63,249 nt of DNA, filler included, from Collodictyon triciliatum (GCA_043381765.1; 5 parts of 5 records of this genome joined end to end with filler, not necessarily neighbours in it); one strand, 5' to 3'. Counted from the whole stretch's first letter, positions 29,801 to 41,744 are shown. Notes: generated from the sequence alone by a model not told the origin. Program-made: numbers and translations.

Positions 29801-32419
29801 GTCTTGAGTAATTCGATGGCACACATAAGTGCATATATCATCTTGCGGTATATCTAAAGACTTTATTAATTTTGTATCAAGTAGAGCCCATATGGTTATC
29901 CTTGATCCTCCAATCATAATGAATGATGTCTGGTCTGCTAGTAACTGCATATAAATGATAATGTCTCTGTGGTAGAACGTGTGAGGAAATCCAAAAGAAG
30001 AGTTTGATAGATTGGCACCAGAAAAATTGCAGTTTTTGATGATAGAGTCGCTAAATTTTGAATTTTCGAAGGTGCTATTACTTAGATCGGAATGATCAAA
30101 AACCGAATTTGAGAGATCGGCACCACAAATACGAATATTAGAGAGATCTATATTTCTAAAATGTTTGCCTGCATAGTTCAAAATTGTAAGGCTGTGAGAG
30201 GCTAATAGAGTTGCGTTGTAAGATTGGTTGTATTTAGCATTTCTGATGTGGGTCCACAAAGCGTGCTCCACGCTTGGATTGTTTTGGGCATGATACGCCA
30301 TCATTTTTAAAAACTCTTTATTTGTAGACATGTCACATTCAGAAAGCAATGATTTCTGCATAGATGAACCATTTGAATACCTTTGATGCTCTATGAGAAT
30401 GTTGGTGCCCTTCAAATATGATAGTAATTGAGGTGATATAACTTCGCCTGTAAGGAGTTTGATTTCAAGTAATGATGCAAAATAATTCATGAATAGAATG
30501 CTTGTAAATGCAAAGTGATGACGACTATGGGCCTCCAGCAAGTTTGTGCGTCGAAGAATTCGAGGTTTGTTTTTTGCAAAAGTAAGGAATCGTTCCCAAT
30601 CGTTGTTAGTGTCATAAATGTTTCTATTTCTTGATTTGTAAAAAGCTACGCGAGTCCTTCTCATCATCATTTGGTGAGCGAATGCAATATAATAGGGAAA
30701 GAAATCATCGGTGGTAATTTCAGATCCAGCTCTGGATTGAGATAGAATCGAATCTGACAAGATTTTTTCAAGATGCTGCTCGAAGGTATTCACAATGTAA
30801 GAACTAAGAATACTATAAGGTTGGATAGTTTTAAGAGGCACTGGACTAAGTTCATGACTAGATTCAAAGACCATCGGAAGCGTGGAGAGAATCATTTTCA
30901 AAAAGAGTGGATTGGAGCAACAATCCTGCAAATCGACAAAGCGGTTGATGCAATGGAGATATTCAGCTGATGATATCCATTTGCTTTGGCTTTCTTCAGT
31001 ATCGATGTGTTTATCGACAAACAGTTCAATTTGTGCGGGTGTAAGAGGTGCAATAAAGACTTCAAGGAAACTGTGTTTCTTCTTGCTTTGATACGATGAA
31101 TGAATTTCGGGTGATTTCATACCAGATGGTACCTCCTCGGGGATCTCGATGTCTTGATAAGGAGAAAAAAGTTGCTGATAAGGTGTTTTCGATCCGTGAA
31201 TGTAGGAGTCGCAAAGAATGACTGTCTTTGCTTTCCATAATTCGAGGTTGTTTTCACGGTATAAGTTTTTATACGTGTCCAAACGATCGTACCCATCCAT
31301 AACGAAAACAAATTGGAAATTCTGTCGCATGAAGTTAATCTCTTCTGTAGTAAAAGAAATCGATTCGACAAAAACTGAAGAGTCGAGAGCATGGGGCCCT
31401 CCATGAAAAAATGAAGATGATAGCCTTTCGATCACAAGATTTTGATACGGATCAGATACCCCTGTCAGTGGAATGAATAATGGTATTGGATACTTCTCAT
31501 CCCATGTTTTCCATAGGTAACGAACAAGGTTAATTCCCAAGGTAGACTTGCCTGACCCAGATGCTCCAAATATGACGATAATAGGAGAGGAATTCTTTTC
31601 CATATTCTCGATGAGGTGGTCATTGATATCAAAGAAATGTGTAGAATGCGGCGTGTTTCTTCCGAGTAAAGGAACATACCGGAGAAATTGATTTTGTGTA
31701 GATTCGCAGTCTAGGAAGTTTTCTTTCATTTTGATTACCTTTTCCATGACTTTTGACTGCAGAATAGCATCAATGCTTTGAGGAGAGTGCGTCGGTAAGT
31801 TTGCAATTTCCATTATCTCAAATTCACCATTAGCATGATTGGAGGGATTATCTTGATCATTTTGTCCCTCGTCGTCATCTGACGCCCACGGAGACCCCGT
31901 CTCCAATGGGGGAGACCCTGGAATTGAGGATAGTGCGGATATTGTGCGGTGAAGGAAGGCTCGAGATTTTGGCATGGCTGCTTCTGGTGAGGAGGCAACT
32001 TGTGAATCCGTTGCAAGTGGTGGTGACAAAGGGTGGATGCTTAGGTCTGTACTCCCATGACGATGAGGGCGGTTGCCATGTTGTGTAATGGGTGTGAGAA
32101 CTCCACTTTGTGATATTGACGACGAGCTTTTTCTTTGAGATGAGTCTTGGTCTATATGATCTCTCGCAACTTTAGTGTTGTTGGACTCAATAGGGCGGGC
32201 AAAGTCTGTGCCACCATCGTTTGGAGCCTCTTTGCATGAGCATTGACCACCACCCAACAGCAAAGGATTAAGTTGGACGTAAACAAGCCCAGTTTGATCG
32301 CGACGGACTCGCCACCCTTGATCGTTGGGTATTGTCGAAGGATTTGAGAAAGGATAGTCAGGTGATAAAATGAAAAGGGTTCCTGGTGGCTCCAGTGACC
32401 AAAGAGCAGTCTCGTCCAT
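26810..32419 (-). CDS. Intronless NLR-like STAND protein: NACHT, pentapeptide repeats, WD40 propeller(s), 10 Sel1-like repeats (~1870 aa)
   Basis: Single uninterrupted ORF (first ATG at 32419). P-loop GASGSGKST, Walker B VFVMDGYD, SNPLFL, SLTILNYAGKHFRNIDLSNIRICGADLSNSVFDHSDLS (pentapeptide), WD repeats (LLAGCEDGSIIVWDV, LSSSEDGSTRLWTV), ten ~36-aa Sel1 repeats (e.g. AQVNLGACYENGTGVDADASQAVYWYREA). Confidence 0.92.
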   Translation of the reverse strand: MDETALWSLEPPGTLFILSPDYPFSNPSTIPNDQGWRVRRDQTGLVYVQLNPLLLGGGQCSCKEAPNDGGTDFARPIESNNTKVARDHIDQDSSQRKSSSSISQSGVLTPITQHGNRPHRHGSTDLSIHPLSPPLATDSQVASSPEAAMPKSRAFLHRTISALSSIPGSPPLETGSPWASDDDEGQNDQDNPSNHANGEFEIMEIANLPTHSPQSIDAILQSKVMEKVIKMKENFLDCESTQNQFLRYVPLLGRNTPHSTHFFDINDHLIENMEKNSSPIIVIFGASGSGKSTLGINLVRYLWKTWDEKYPIPLFIPLTGVSDPYQNLVIERLSSSFFHGGPHALDSSVFVESISFTTEEINFMRQNFQFVFVMDGYDRLDTYKNLYRENNLELWKAKTVILCDSYIHGSKTPYQQLFSPYQDIEIPEEVPSGMKSPEIHSSYQSKKKHSFLEVFIAPLTPAQIELFVDKHIDTEESQSKWISSAEYLHCINRFVDLQDCCSNPLFLKMILSTLPMVFESSHELSPVPLKTIQPYSILSSYIVNTFEQHLEKILSDSILSQSRAGSEITTDDFFPYYIAFAHQMMMRRTRVAFYKSRNRNIYDTNNDWERFLTFAKNKPRILRRTNLLEAHSRHHFAFTSILFMNYFASLLEIKLLTGEVISPQLLSYLKGTNILIEHQRYSNGSSMQKSLLSECDMSTNKEFLKMMAYHAQNNPSVEHALWTHIRNAKYNQSYNATLLASHSLTILNYAGKHFRNIDLSNIRICGADLSNSVFDHSDLSNSTFENSKFSDSIIKNCNFSGANLSNSSFGFPHTFYHRDIIIYMQLLADQTSFIMIGGSRITIWALLDTKLIKSLDIPQDDICTYVCHRITQDSRDIVLVGTSGGTLFLLNTDNFHMTEVITLTSPIYFVHLYMDSMKLLSKIIVATYDSVVRIFEWNSLEICAEHTFNMDKTMLYHFIENSDNFELCLFVTCESSNTLCIHQLTSFAKKKILQTTSKILLIESQPTQNRNHYLLAGCEDGSIIVWDVKTWTIHKRLKNKHVAIKLLKPVVSTKTDDNLVTALYQDNTVCVYNLNQSDYLYEYRFNDFVPTQIYSFLFQGEIFIVVSSIGGFARMSSVSYLSDDNNVNIYEGRVVCIASFCHDEHQYFVTSEQDCTICLWQASDGKQIRKLIGHSHAPKLLCIVQVQNSLPLILSSSEDGSTRLWTVVNTDEVWINRKYGFVYCASPVKLSKDATGIAFGLDHTNIAIVKLESGLEIKKLSSGDRHARIVAIKSHTNDPGDDSMIIAGSSNGFVYVWNLESQDMIFSYKGGNSPILDIFLIPFISSFGNESVLTSVEANGIIQRWRIRDFALLKKGHLKMSRLLSVNLCKLCDESYVLLTLDSDGQLGFWEVCSDDVSNKYKLPFKQVQLLKVLDDNASILIVDISGRVECYDLCRDVDSSKLNLCMKWTSKRQGMFVNNQMVNITGLRDLDKQHIEMIEEMNIEAEAIHGRCELHWKEIQAVKGDLKSQHEIGLIYESGTVVNKNPEKASLWYQLSASKGYPPSQIRLAFCYEVGFGIEQSCSRAIYWYEQAANKGDASAQFRLGMVYMKGLGVSIDRDLALSFFLSAAKLGDVDAQMALGDYYSDEKFQKINIPESIRWYQRAADSGSLDASVALADLYCGMSSGQDNFLEKAAEFYLHAAKCGHVVAQYRYSMCLLNGVGVALDCANAIHWLLPAATNGHTDAQVNLGACYENGTGVDADASQAVYWYREAVKGGDNDARVNLAHCLREGKGIEMDAQEAVRLYTEAAENSDAEAMFNLGQCFEEGAGVEKSLENARLWYEKSVSLSHPSGCAALARFYRDGLGVNVDLEKASELDSCAGVSETLK

Positions 32420-32598
32420 GGTGTTACGCCCTTCTGGCAAATGATCAGGTCACGCTTATAGTAGATATCAAAAGTAACTCATAGCAAGGTCAAAAAGGCC
32501 TTAATTGGTTTTTTGTTTTTTTTGTTTTTTTGGTTTTTTGGTTTTTTGGTTTTTTGTTTTTTTTTGTTTTTTTTGTTTTTTTGTTTTTTTGTTTTTTT

Positions 32599-32698
32599 NN
32601 NNNNNNNNNNNNNNNNNNNNNNNNNNNNNNNNNNNNNNNNNNTTAATTAATTAANNNNNNNNNNNNNNNNNNNNNNNNNNNNNNNNNNNNNNNNNNNN
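32599..32698. other. Artificial contig linker
   Basis: N44-TTAATTAATTAA-N44. Confidence 0.97.
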
Positions 32699-33092
32699 CC
32701 CCCCACTATAAAGGAAAAAATAAAATAAAAGGCGGGAGAAAAAGAAAAAAAAACAAAAACAAAAAAAAAAAAAAAAAAAAAAAAAGACGATGAAAGCAGA
32801 CCCAATGCAGGAAGTGCAGGCGCAAGGAAAAAAAAAAGACCTGCCTCTCTGAAACACACACACACACTCTTACACAAACAGCCAACACCGTCCATGTCAC
32901 AACACACGTGAAATGATATGCAGATGACACTTACGATTCTCGAACGAACGAACGAACCACGCTATCTCCCCTCTCTCCCATCCTCTCACTTCCTCTAATC
33001 CCCTGTACACCGCCATACGCCACCTCGTATCTGACCCAATCCTGTGTGCCGCTGCCATCGCGGCCGCAAACGACTCTCCCGTTCGCCTGTAG

Positions 33093-33846
33093 ATGTGAAG
33101 GACATCAAGTACGTCATCAACTACGACTTCCCCAGGGACCTGGAGAACTACGTCCATCGCATCGGGCGCACAGGCCGAGGCGGCGCCACGGGTGTGGCCT
33201 ACTCGTTCTTCTTCGAGAAGGACTCCCGCCTGGGCCAGGGCCTCGTTGACATCCTGCGCGAAGCCGAGCAGCCGGTGCCGGAATCCCGTGAGTTCCAAAA
33301 CCTCATTCACCCACCCGACAGTGTAAACAACGTACATATGCGTACTGTACTGCATGAGCATTGACAACAACTCACACTCACACATTCATGCATGCATGCA
33401 CACAGTCCTGCGAAGGGTCGAAGAATGCAGACACAGTAAGCGCCTCCCTTTCTCCTCGCCTCGCCTCCTCCTTCCATGACACACTTCGATACATACGTAA
33501 CACATACATATACACATACATATAAACCGCCCTGAACAACCACACCCCAGCAGGCTCGTCCAGCGGAGGGCGGCGATCCTCATACAGCTCGGGTGGCGGC
33601 CGATACGGCGGCTCGTCCTACCAAAATAGAAGCTCCTACTCGGGCTACTCGCACTCGGGACAGTACTCGAATTCTCACTCGCACACCTACGCAGACCCGA
33701 CTGCCCAGTACCCCGACTCCACAGCAGCCTACTACACGCAGCCGTACACCGCCTCGTCCTCTGCCCATGACGCAGCCTTCTACGGGGCAGCCTCCTACGG
33801 GATGCGCACCCGCAACTCGGCCGGGTCCTACTCCGGCCCCAACTAG
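33093..33846 (+). CDS. DEAD-box helicase, DDX5/DBP2-like, C-terminal exons only
   Basis: [40 protein letters not shown] (motif [10 protein letters not shown]), [13 protein letters not shown], then a G/S/Y-rich tail ending TAG at 33844-33846. Confidence 0.85.
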
Positions 33847-34101
33847 CTGTGTAGCCTCCGTCTCCATCCCGTTGTGGGCACACAACCGCCTTAAATCCTT
33901 CTCTATCTCTTATTTTCTTCTTCCTTTTATCTCTCTCTCTTTTTGCTTTTGCTCATGCGATATCAATGAAGCAGCTTCCCCACTCGCTGTCGTTGCCTGG
34001 CTGGTTTTGGGTTATATCCTTTCTTTCTTGTGAGGAATGACAGTTTGCAGCAGTCGTGTTGGCGCGTGTGAGTGTGGGTTGCCGCAAAGAAACGGGCGGG
34101 T

Positions 34102-37100
34102 TTATTCGTCCTGGCCTCCACGGCGGCTCTTGCGCTTGGTATCGAAGCCCAGCTCCGCGTACTTGCGCTTTCGGATTAGCTTGGCTTTTGCCTCCCGCGC
34201 ATCCGCCTCTTTCTCTTTCTTCTTTATGTAGTCTGATGAATTGCGTGGAAAGTGCTCCTGTTAGCGCTAAAACAACAACAAAACCGAAAATATGGGGGAC
34301 GAGATGCGAGAGTGTGGCAGGGTCTACCTTTCCGTGAGGCAGTTTCCTTCTCCTTGCGAGCTTTTAATTTTGCCTTGCGCACAGTGGCGATTTGCTGGAT
34401 TAGGCTTCTCATCTTGATCTCTGTGTTGGGTGGCGATAATCGTCAATGTCAAGTAACGGTGTCTGGGCGCTTCAATCGGGTGATTAGCAGATAAAAACAT
34501 AAGGAGCAAATGGGATGAATGAGAGCATTGCCTCGTGGGTCTGCGATGATGGGCGGGCGGTCTCTTTCTTTGCTGGACAACCTCTTCCGGATCTTTTGCT
34601 TCGATTTGAACGGGAGGTTCTCAGCTAGGCTTGCCGGGATTTTCAAGGGATTGAACTTTCTTTGCAGGCGCTCGATTTTCTGCGTTACACCAATTATCTT
34701 CAGTTTTTCTTTTTGTTTCTTTTTTTCTTCGAAACTTACTCGCAATTTATTATATCATACCATATAATTAATTATTTTTTTTAAAATAAAAAGCGATAAC
34801 ACAACAGGTAACGTGAATGCAACGTAGAGATACGGCATACTCATGTAAAGACACACCTTGTACTGCGATCCCTTTTTCTGCGGGACTTGAATGTTTCGTT
34901 CATACCTCAGTTGCCCGACCAATTTCATTCCTTCCCACGATGTCTGTCGTGATATATAACCAGGTGAATTATGACTTGGAGATGGTTGGCTTTAAGACTC
35001 ATTGTACAGACCTTCGTCTCGTAAAGCATCGAGAAAACAGGATTGTAGAATTTAATCGGGGTTACAGGGACCCACGCGCGCAAAAATACAATATCTATTA
35101 TGGGAAATACCTCGCATAAGCATTTATCAGTCCATCAAATCGTGGTAAATATATTCAAGACTAAAATTTCATAAAGAGGTAATTACCGCTCAATAGAACT
35201 TTATCTTCAAAAGTTGCTCTGAAATTTCCCGGCTTGGACTATACATATGATTATAATAAAACGAGCAAGTGATATCTCAATTTATACTCTATGAGTCGTG
35301 CTTTTTGAAGCGAAGTGAGTTTCCGTTTGTTATAAAAAAAAAAGCTTTACATCGCAAGATTCCCCTCTATAGAAAGTTACATATTTAATACGAACCTCCT
35401 TGATCAATGCCTTTTTAATATGCCCGCGTATGCCACTGACTGTACGGATAGAAGCCCCTTCAAATTTGGCAACTTCCAAAGGACTGTTGAACATATCTAC
35501 GTATTTATATTTCGTTACTCAATCGTTTCATTTAGAATTTTGCAATTATACTTTAATCATTCCTAGTATAAATAAAAAAAAATCGTTCTACTCAAAAATA
35601 CTAAATAAAACAAGAGTGCATAAGCTGTTAGAAACTTGCCTCGGATAAAAGCTGTTTTCTTAAAAATCTTGTACGGATAACCACACAGCTTTAGTTTCTT
35701 GACAATAGTAAATGACTGGTCTAGCTCGAGGACTACCGCCGTGGCACCCACACGGAAGGAGGACTGATAGAATTATATCAGCAGTTATGAGGAGGAAGTT
35801 TTGTGAAGCTGTAGTATCATAGTGCTGATGCTTATGGCTTTATAAACTTACCACGTTTTGAAGTGTCTGAAATGCAATCACACCAGTGCCTGGCGGGGCC
35901 ATGGGGCCTGGTTTCGGAAGGGAAATTAGTCATGTGGAATAAATATCTTCTCGCACAAAACTATCATCGTCTGAATTTAAACAGCACATATATTCACAAG
36001 ACTGGTACCATAAAATGTGGCGAAGCAGTGCATGTGCTCTGGAGTGTACTTCAACATGCGATGTCGTCCATTCACATCCTGAATGGAGTAAGTTGGAATG
36101 GTCTGGAAACGCCGCCAGCCAACTAAATGTAAGTATATTCAGTAATTAAATTGATATAGTGAATACTTTGGGTTTATTTCAAGGCTACACACCAGACATG
36201 ATGAGTGGGTCATTGTTCTTTAAAATCTTTTTGTGCCAGCGGTGCTTCTTGATTCGAACTTGAATCAACCCGAGCGACTCCTCCGTTGGTAAGAGTCCCC
36301 CAAGAACAACGGGGTATCTAGAATCAAAGTGCTGAATGAATTCGCATGGCACTCCTGAAACTTGGACGCGAAGATAGGACCTGACCGTAGTATTCAATCT
36401 TAATCACTATTATTATTGACTAGTGTAGACGAGATGTATGAATTTACATGATATTCGCCTCACTCTCCATAGTAATCAGATTCAAGAAGAAAAAAATACA
36501 GAAATTATTTTTTATTTTTTGAAAGTGTTATTTACCCTGACTCAAACCCAACGATTTGCGCTCGGAGCTCTGGGTCATCATTTTCAAACTCTGCTCGGTT
36601 TATTTTGTTCTGTGTGTTTTTGTTTTCATTTAGAAAAAAAAGGAAGAGACATGGAGAAATTCGATATTGAAAATCTTGCACAAGAAAACAATTGTATATA
36701 TGATTTAAAATTCAAGAAGGATGACACGAAACACAAAACGAAAAAAAAGAAAGAAATATTACTTGAATTTCATACTGTTGTTTTATTTCATCATAGAAAG
36801 TGTCTTTCTCTTGGTCGTAGCTATATATATCAATAATAAAGTATGGTTAGGATGACGCACATAAATAAAAAGAAATCCAGGAAAAAGGAGTGATTTGTAT
36901 TTCACGGCACAGATATTCCATACTCGTTATCAAATTTTTGCTTCATCATCGCTTTCTTCTCAGCATTCTTTTTTCGCTCCTCTTCCATCGATAGGGGCTC
37001 GTCCTTATTATTCTTTTTATTTTTTGAAGACTTTGGATTATCTTCTCCGTTATCATCTTCATCGTTGTCACTACCATCAAATCCGATACTATCATCCCTA

Positions 37101-40100
37101 TACATCCAACAATTAAGTTGATCGAGCGAGGTATGCATAATAAAAATACGCTTCAGATGTTTGATCACTCCAGGGTAAAATCGAAACAAAAAAAAAAACA
37201 ATAAAAATAGCAGCAAAGAACACATGTTGGTTGCATCGAGAAGCCCGAATAAAAAGTACCATTCATCTTTGGAGCTTGTCTTCTTTTTGGATGGTTCTAT
37301 AAGTGCAAGAATATTTTAGGTTAAGACTGGGATGTTCTCAGAAAATAAAAAAGGGATTGTTTTCGACAAATATATTTAAAAGGCGGATGAATAAAAAATA
37401 ATAATCACTGTTCTCTGTGCTGTTCTCCTCCTCCTCCTCCTCCTCATTGTGAAAGAATTTAGATCGGATCGAGTTCAATATCTATTTTTAATCAGGATAA
37501 ATTTGGAGATATTGTGAGTTAGATTTAGAAGAAAAAAAAAGGAAAAAAATAATTTTTTCTTATTTAAATTAATGTTGCTCAAGAACGCTAACCTCATCAA
37601 TGTTGAGGTCCAAAACAGAATCTTTATTGTAGTTCTTTGTGGCATCTACGGAGTCAAAGTGCTCCTTTTTGGCAGCTGGCTTTTTGGGACGAAAGAATTC
37701 AGCCTCGTCATCGCCACCCCCATCATCTCCATCGACCTGATTTGATAGCATAAATATTTATATTGAAACTACATAAACGGGAAATAATTAAATATTCAAA
37801 GATAACAAGGTCATGTTGTCGTTAAATATATGATGCTCACGTTGCCGGAATTTCCCTTCTGGTTCCCTTTCAAGATAATAAAGAATGATAAAAATATTAG
37901 AAAACAGAACAATTCACTAGTATAGACTTGTGGTGCCAGTATATTCTTTATATTAATTTGTGGGACTCACCATAGATATACTTCATCAAGTTGACTTTGG
38001 CGCCATATAGAGTAGATGCTTTTTCAGAGAGATTGTCCTTCCACTTTAAACGACCAGCTAAGGAAACATGAATAGTTTACGAAATAATTTGACCAGTTAC
38101 AGTTTGACATTTCTCTTATGGAAGATTATGATGCTGGTTGGGGGTAGAAATAAAAACCTTCCAGAGGCTCGATTTCGCCATATTCAGAATCTAGTTTTCT
38201 TCAATATGCCATAACGATCAGACGAACAATATGGCATAATAAATGAATTGATGATTCATTTTTGTATAAGCATAATGCGTGGACTTCAAAAGAAAAAAAA
38301 ATACTTGGATGATACATGAAATGGTGATAATTACTGATTCTCATATTTAGTGTCATCTTCATTATCTTCCTCATCACTGCCTTCATCATCTTCCTCAGCG
38401 TCACTTTCTTCATCACCCTCGCCTTGTTCTTCGGCGTCACTGTCATCATCAAATACTAATTCCTCTTCGTCTCTGTCGCTGTCATCTCTGAAAGTAAATA
38501 TCAAATAGAACGATTGATTTGTCAGAAAAGGTAAATTATACGCAATAAAACAGAGGTGTGATATCAATCCAGAATCTGGCAATGCAAATGAATGGATACC
38601 ACCAATAATAGTGTCAATGCTAAATAAAAATAAAACACACACTAAAGGTACGCTTGTGACATATTAAGGTTCCCTGAATACAACCATATAATTACACAAG
38701 CTACATACCTTTGTATACCAGACCCAGAGTCGCCATCATGATCCTCATCATCATCGTCATCTTCCTCGTCATTTTCATCACCATCACTACATATGTATGT
38801 AATATACTTGAACTATATGCATTAGGACGTCTCTCTACACTAATATATGCACACGATTAAATGACCAACTCATCAGCGGCTGAATCGTCGTTGAATAAGG
38901 CTCTTCGGCGTACGCGGCCGTCAGAAACTTCCTTTACTTCTTGGATTCGTGAACTTCCAGTTTTTGGATGAGCCCCCTTGAACACCTGAATTCCCTCGTT
39001 CTCGCTTTCGTCACTTTCGCTTTCAAGGGTATTCATCTGCTGAGAGCCGGATATCACTTTCCCTCCTTTGAAGAACTGGAAACCCGTGCTGAGAGTCAAA
39101 TTTGAAAGGTGTTTTAAAGAAAAGCATGCGAGCATGATGCTTTGGTATCATATGCAGGATTAATCAAGGACATGGGAGTTAATCGGCACTATGCAAATGA
39201 TATTCGGTTACTCTCTCAGCGCAGAGTCCAATGTTTCAGGTGCGTCCTGCAGTCTTCGAACCATTTGCTCACCTTCTGGGGCATCTGTGTAATAGTGTGT
39301 CTTCTCTTTAGCGGGAATGTTGCTTTATTTTTAAATTATTAAATTAAATAATGCTTTCTATGGTTTTCAGGGCAATTAAGACACAATTTCTTTGGGGGAT
39401 GGTAAACAAGTTATAAAGTAATCTTTGCATAATGGAATCTCGAACCAGGATCTAACTCGTCCCTTGGTTTAGAGAACACGACTTGGCTGTCGGGTATATT
39501 GATATACATCGCATCCTTATCATATAAGATATTTCCCAGGTCTAATGATATTAATAATAATATAAAGATAACACTCATAATTTAATTTGTTGGTTCTGCT
39601 ATATTCCATATAAACCATACGAAAAAGGAACACACGATAAATGATGAAAATTGAGAATACAAGACAAAGCACACTGTGATAGTAGTCTGCTTAAATCATC
39701 GATTTTTTTTATAACTAACCGCACATAGGGGCATATATGAGCTTCTCCTTTTCATTTAATGCTCTTTTCTTAAACTCCGAAGGCAAAGGGCATGGGTCAT
39801 CCAGGCGTGTAATCTTTTCTATTGGATAGTCTCCAACGCCTGGGATGTGAACCTGTAGCAAAAATAAAATAACTAAAAATCACTTTCTTTTTTTTTTTAA
39901 GCGAGACATATGAACTTGGAGCACAATTATGCTTACCTTGATGGTGGATTTAAATTGCATTCCTCGACTATATCCGTAAAACAAGATTTTCCTATCAGCC
40001 TTGGGGTTACGTCTGATTTCTTCTGGGTCGCTGATGTCCTCAATTCGATCTAGAATACACGAAAATTGCAGCAAATGCAAATGAATGGATCGCTTTTTCA

Positions 40101-41744
40101 GAGGGAAAGTCTTATTCAGCAAAAGCAATTCATATTCACAACTTAAAATATCAAGGAAAAAACAAACCTGCAAGCATGTAAGTATGCGTTGCCCTCCAGA
40201 TGATAGGGCGGAACTTTAAGACAGATATAAACCGAGCTAGATTTTGTATTTCGTGGCGAGGATACCTGATGTTGAGGTGATAATAAATATATAAATATTT
40301 GGGACTTATTGTACTGAACCTTGTACTATATTTCTTTTGTTCAATTTTATTTTAGATCCATGTAGGAAATAAGAAGATTTCTTGATAGAAAAATTTCTTC
40401 TATTTTAAATATTTTCATCATACTGCCCGTGGATGAGACCGGATAAATAGAATAATTTGGCTCCTTGGTAGATTTCAGTCCAGAATCTTTTTTTGAGCAG
40501 CTTCTTCGTTCTTCTCAATTTTTTATTTTCCTGGTGAAAACAAAACGTGATAATAAGTATTTGTAAGGTCAAAAGTTTGATATTAAAGTAAGAAGTCTAA
40601 TGGATAGTTAATCTCCCTGAAACTCCTTAAGCGATAGCAAATGTTATTATGTCATATGTGGACCTTAAACATGTCAAGGTGAGTCAAAACACCCATCACT
40701 CGAGGAAATCCGTGGGTTTGCAAGATATTTAAAAATTCAAAGGTTTCCTGCAATCAAAGTAAATTACATATTTAAATCGGAGCGTCGTGCATTTTACGTT
40801 GAAAATATATATCTTGTAAGTTGAAAAAGATTGAGTAAGAATCCGACAAACCATTTCGAATCCAAAGCTAGCATCGACCAGTAACAACACTAGATCTGCC
40901 ACTTTTCCGACATCAAGCATGGCGTTGATATCATTTGGGCATTCGATAAAAGTGATACGCCTCCCCTTACCTTACAAATTTAAATAATGTGCTCAATATT
41001 TCAGGAAAACATGGATTCTTAAATTGTTGCTTATTCTCTCAGGGGGAAAAAAAAAACAGAGTATGATGCGCATCTTGTGAAATGAGGGGTTTATCTAAAC
41101 CTGAAACAACTGTTATTGGGCCTTTGATATTTTGAATATTTTGCTTCGTATACTTCTTAACTAACGATCTGATTAACGTGCTTTTACCAACCTAAGCGAA
41201 ACGTGAAATCGAAAAAAAAACAACTTCAGTGTCATATATCTATAAACTAATTCAAAAATCAAATTGATGGTTATCAAATCGAATGAATACAATTTATAAA
41301 TGGAAGTCTCATCGATGGAGCAAAGTATCATGACAATCAATGCTTTAAAGTCATACAGATGAATCATAGACGATGATAATAGACACAAAAACATAACACA
41401 ACACAACACAACACAAACATAAAAGTATGTATTTTATGGAGCACCTTTGGCGGACCGACAATAGCAACCAGAATGGGTGGCGGGACAACGGCAAGTGAAC
41501 CGGAGTCCTTTATGGGCACATGCAGACGCTTCACTTCACGCTCGGCAGAGCGCTGAATCTGCTTGAGAGAGTTGCGACCAGACATCGGGGCAAAGGCCTT
41601 TGGGTTTTTGCCTTTCTGCGGCTGCATGCCGCTTTTCTCCATCTTCTTTTTCTTCTTGCGGTCTGCTTTCCGGCCAGACAGCCGCGGCCGATGCGGAGTG
41701 GGCGCTTGAGCGGCAGACAGGTTCACGTTTTCTGACTTGCCCAT
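34102..41744 (-). CDS. BMS1: Ribosome biogenesis GTPase BMS1
   Basis: [82 protein letters not shown], acidic middle region, [65 protein letters not shown]. Confidence 0.96.
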
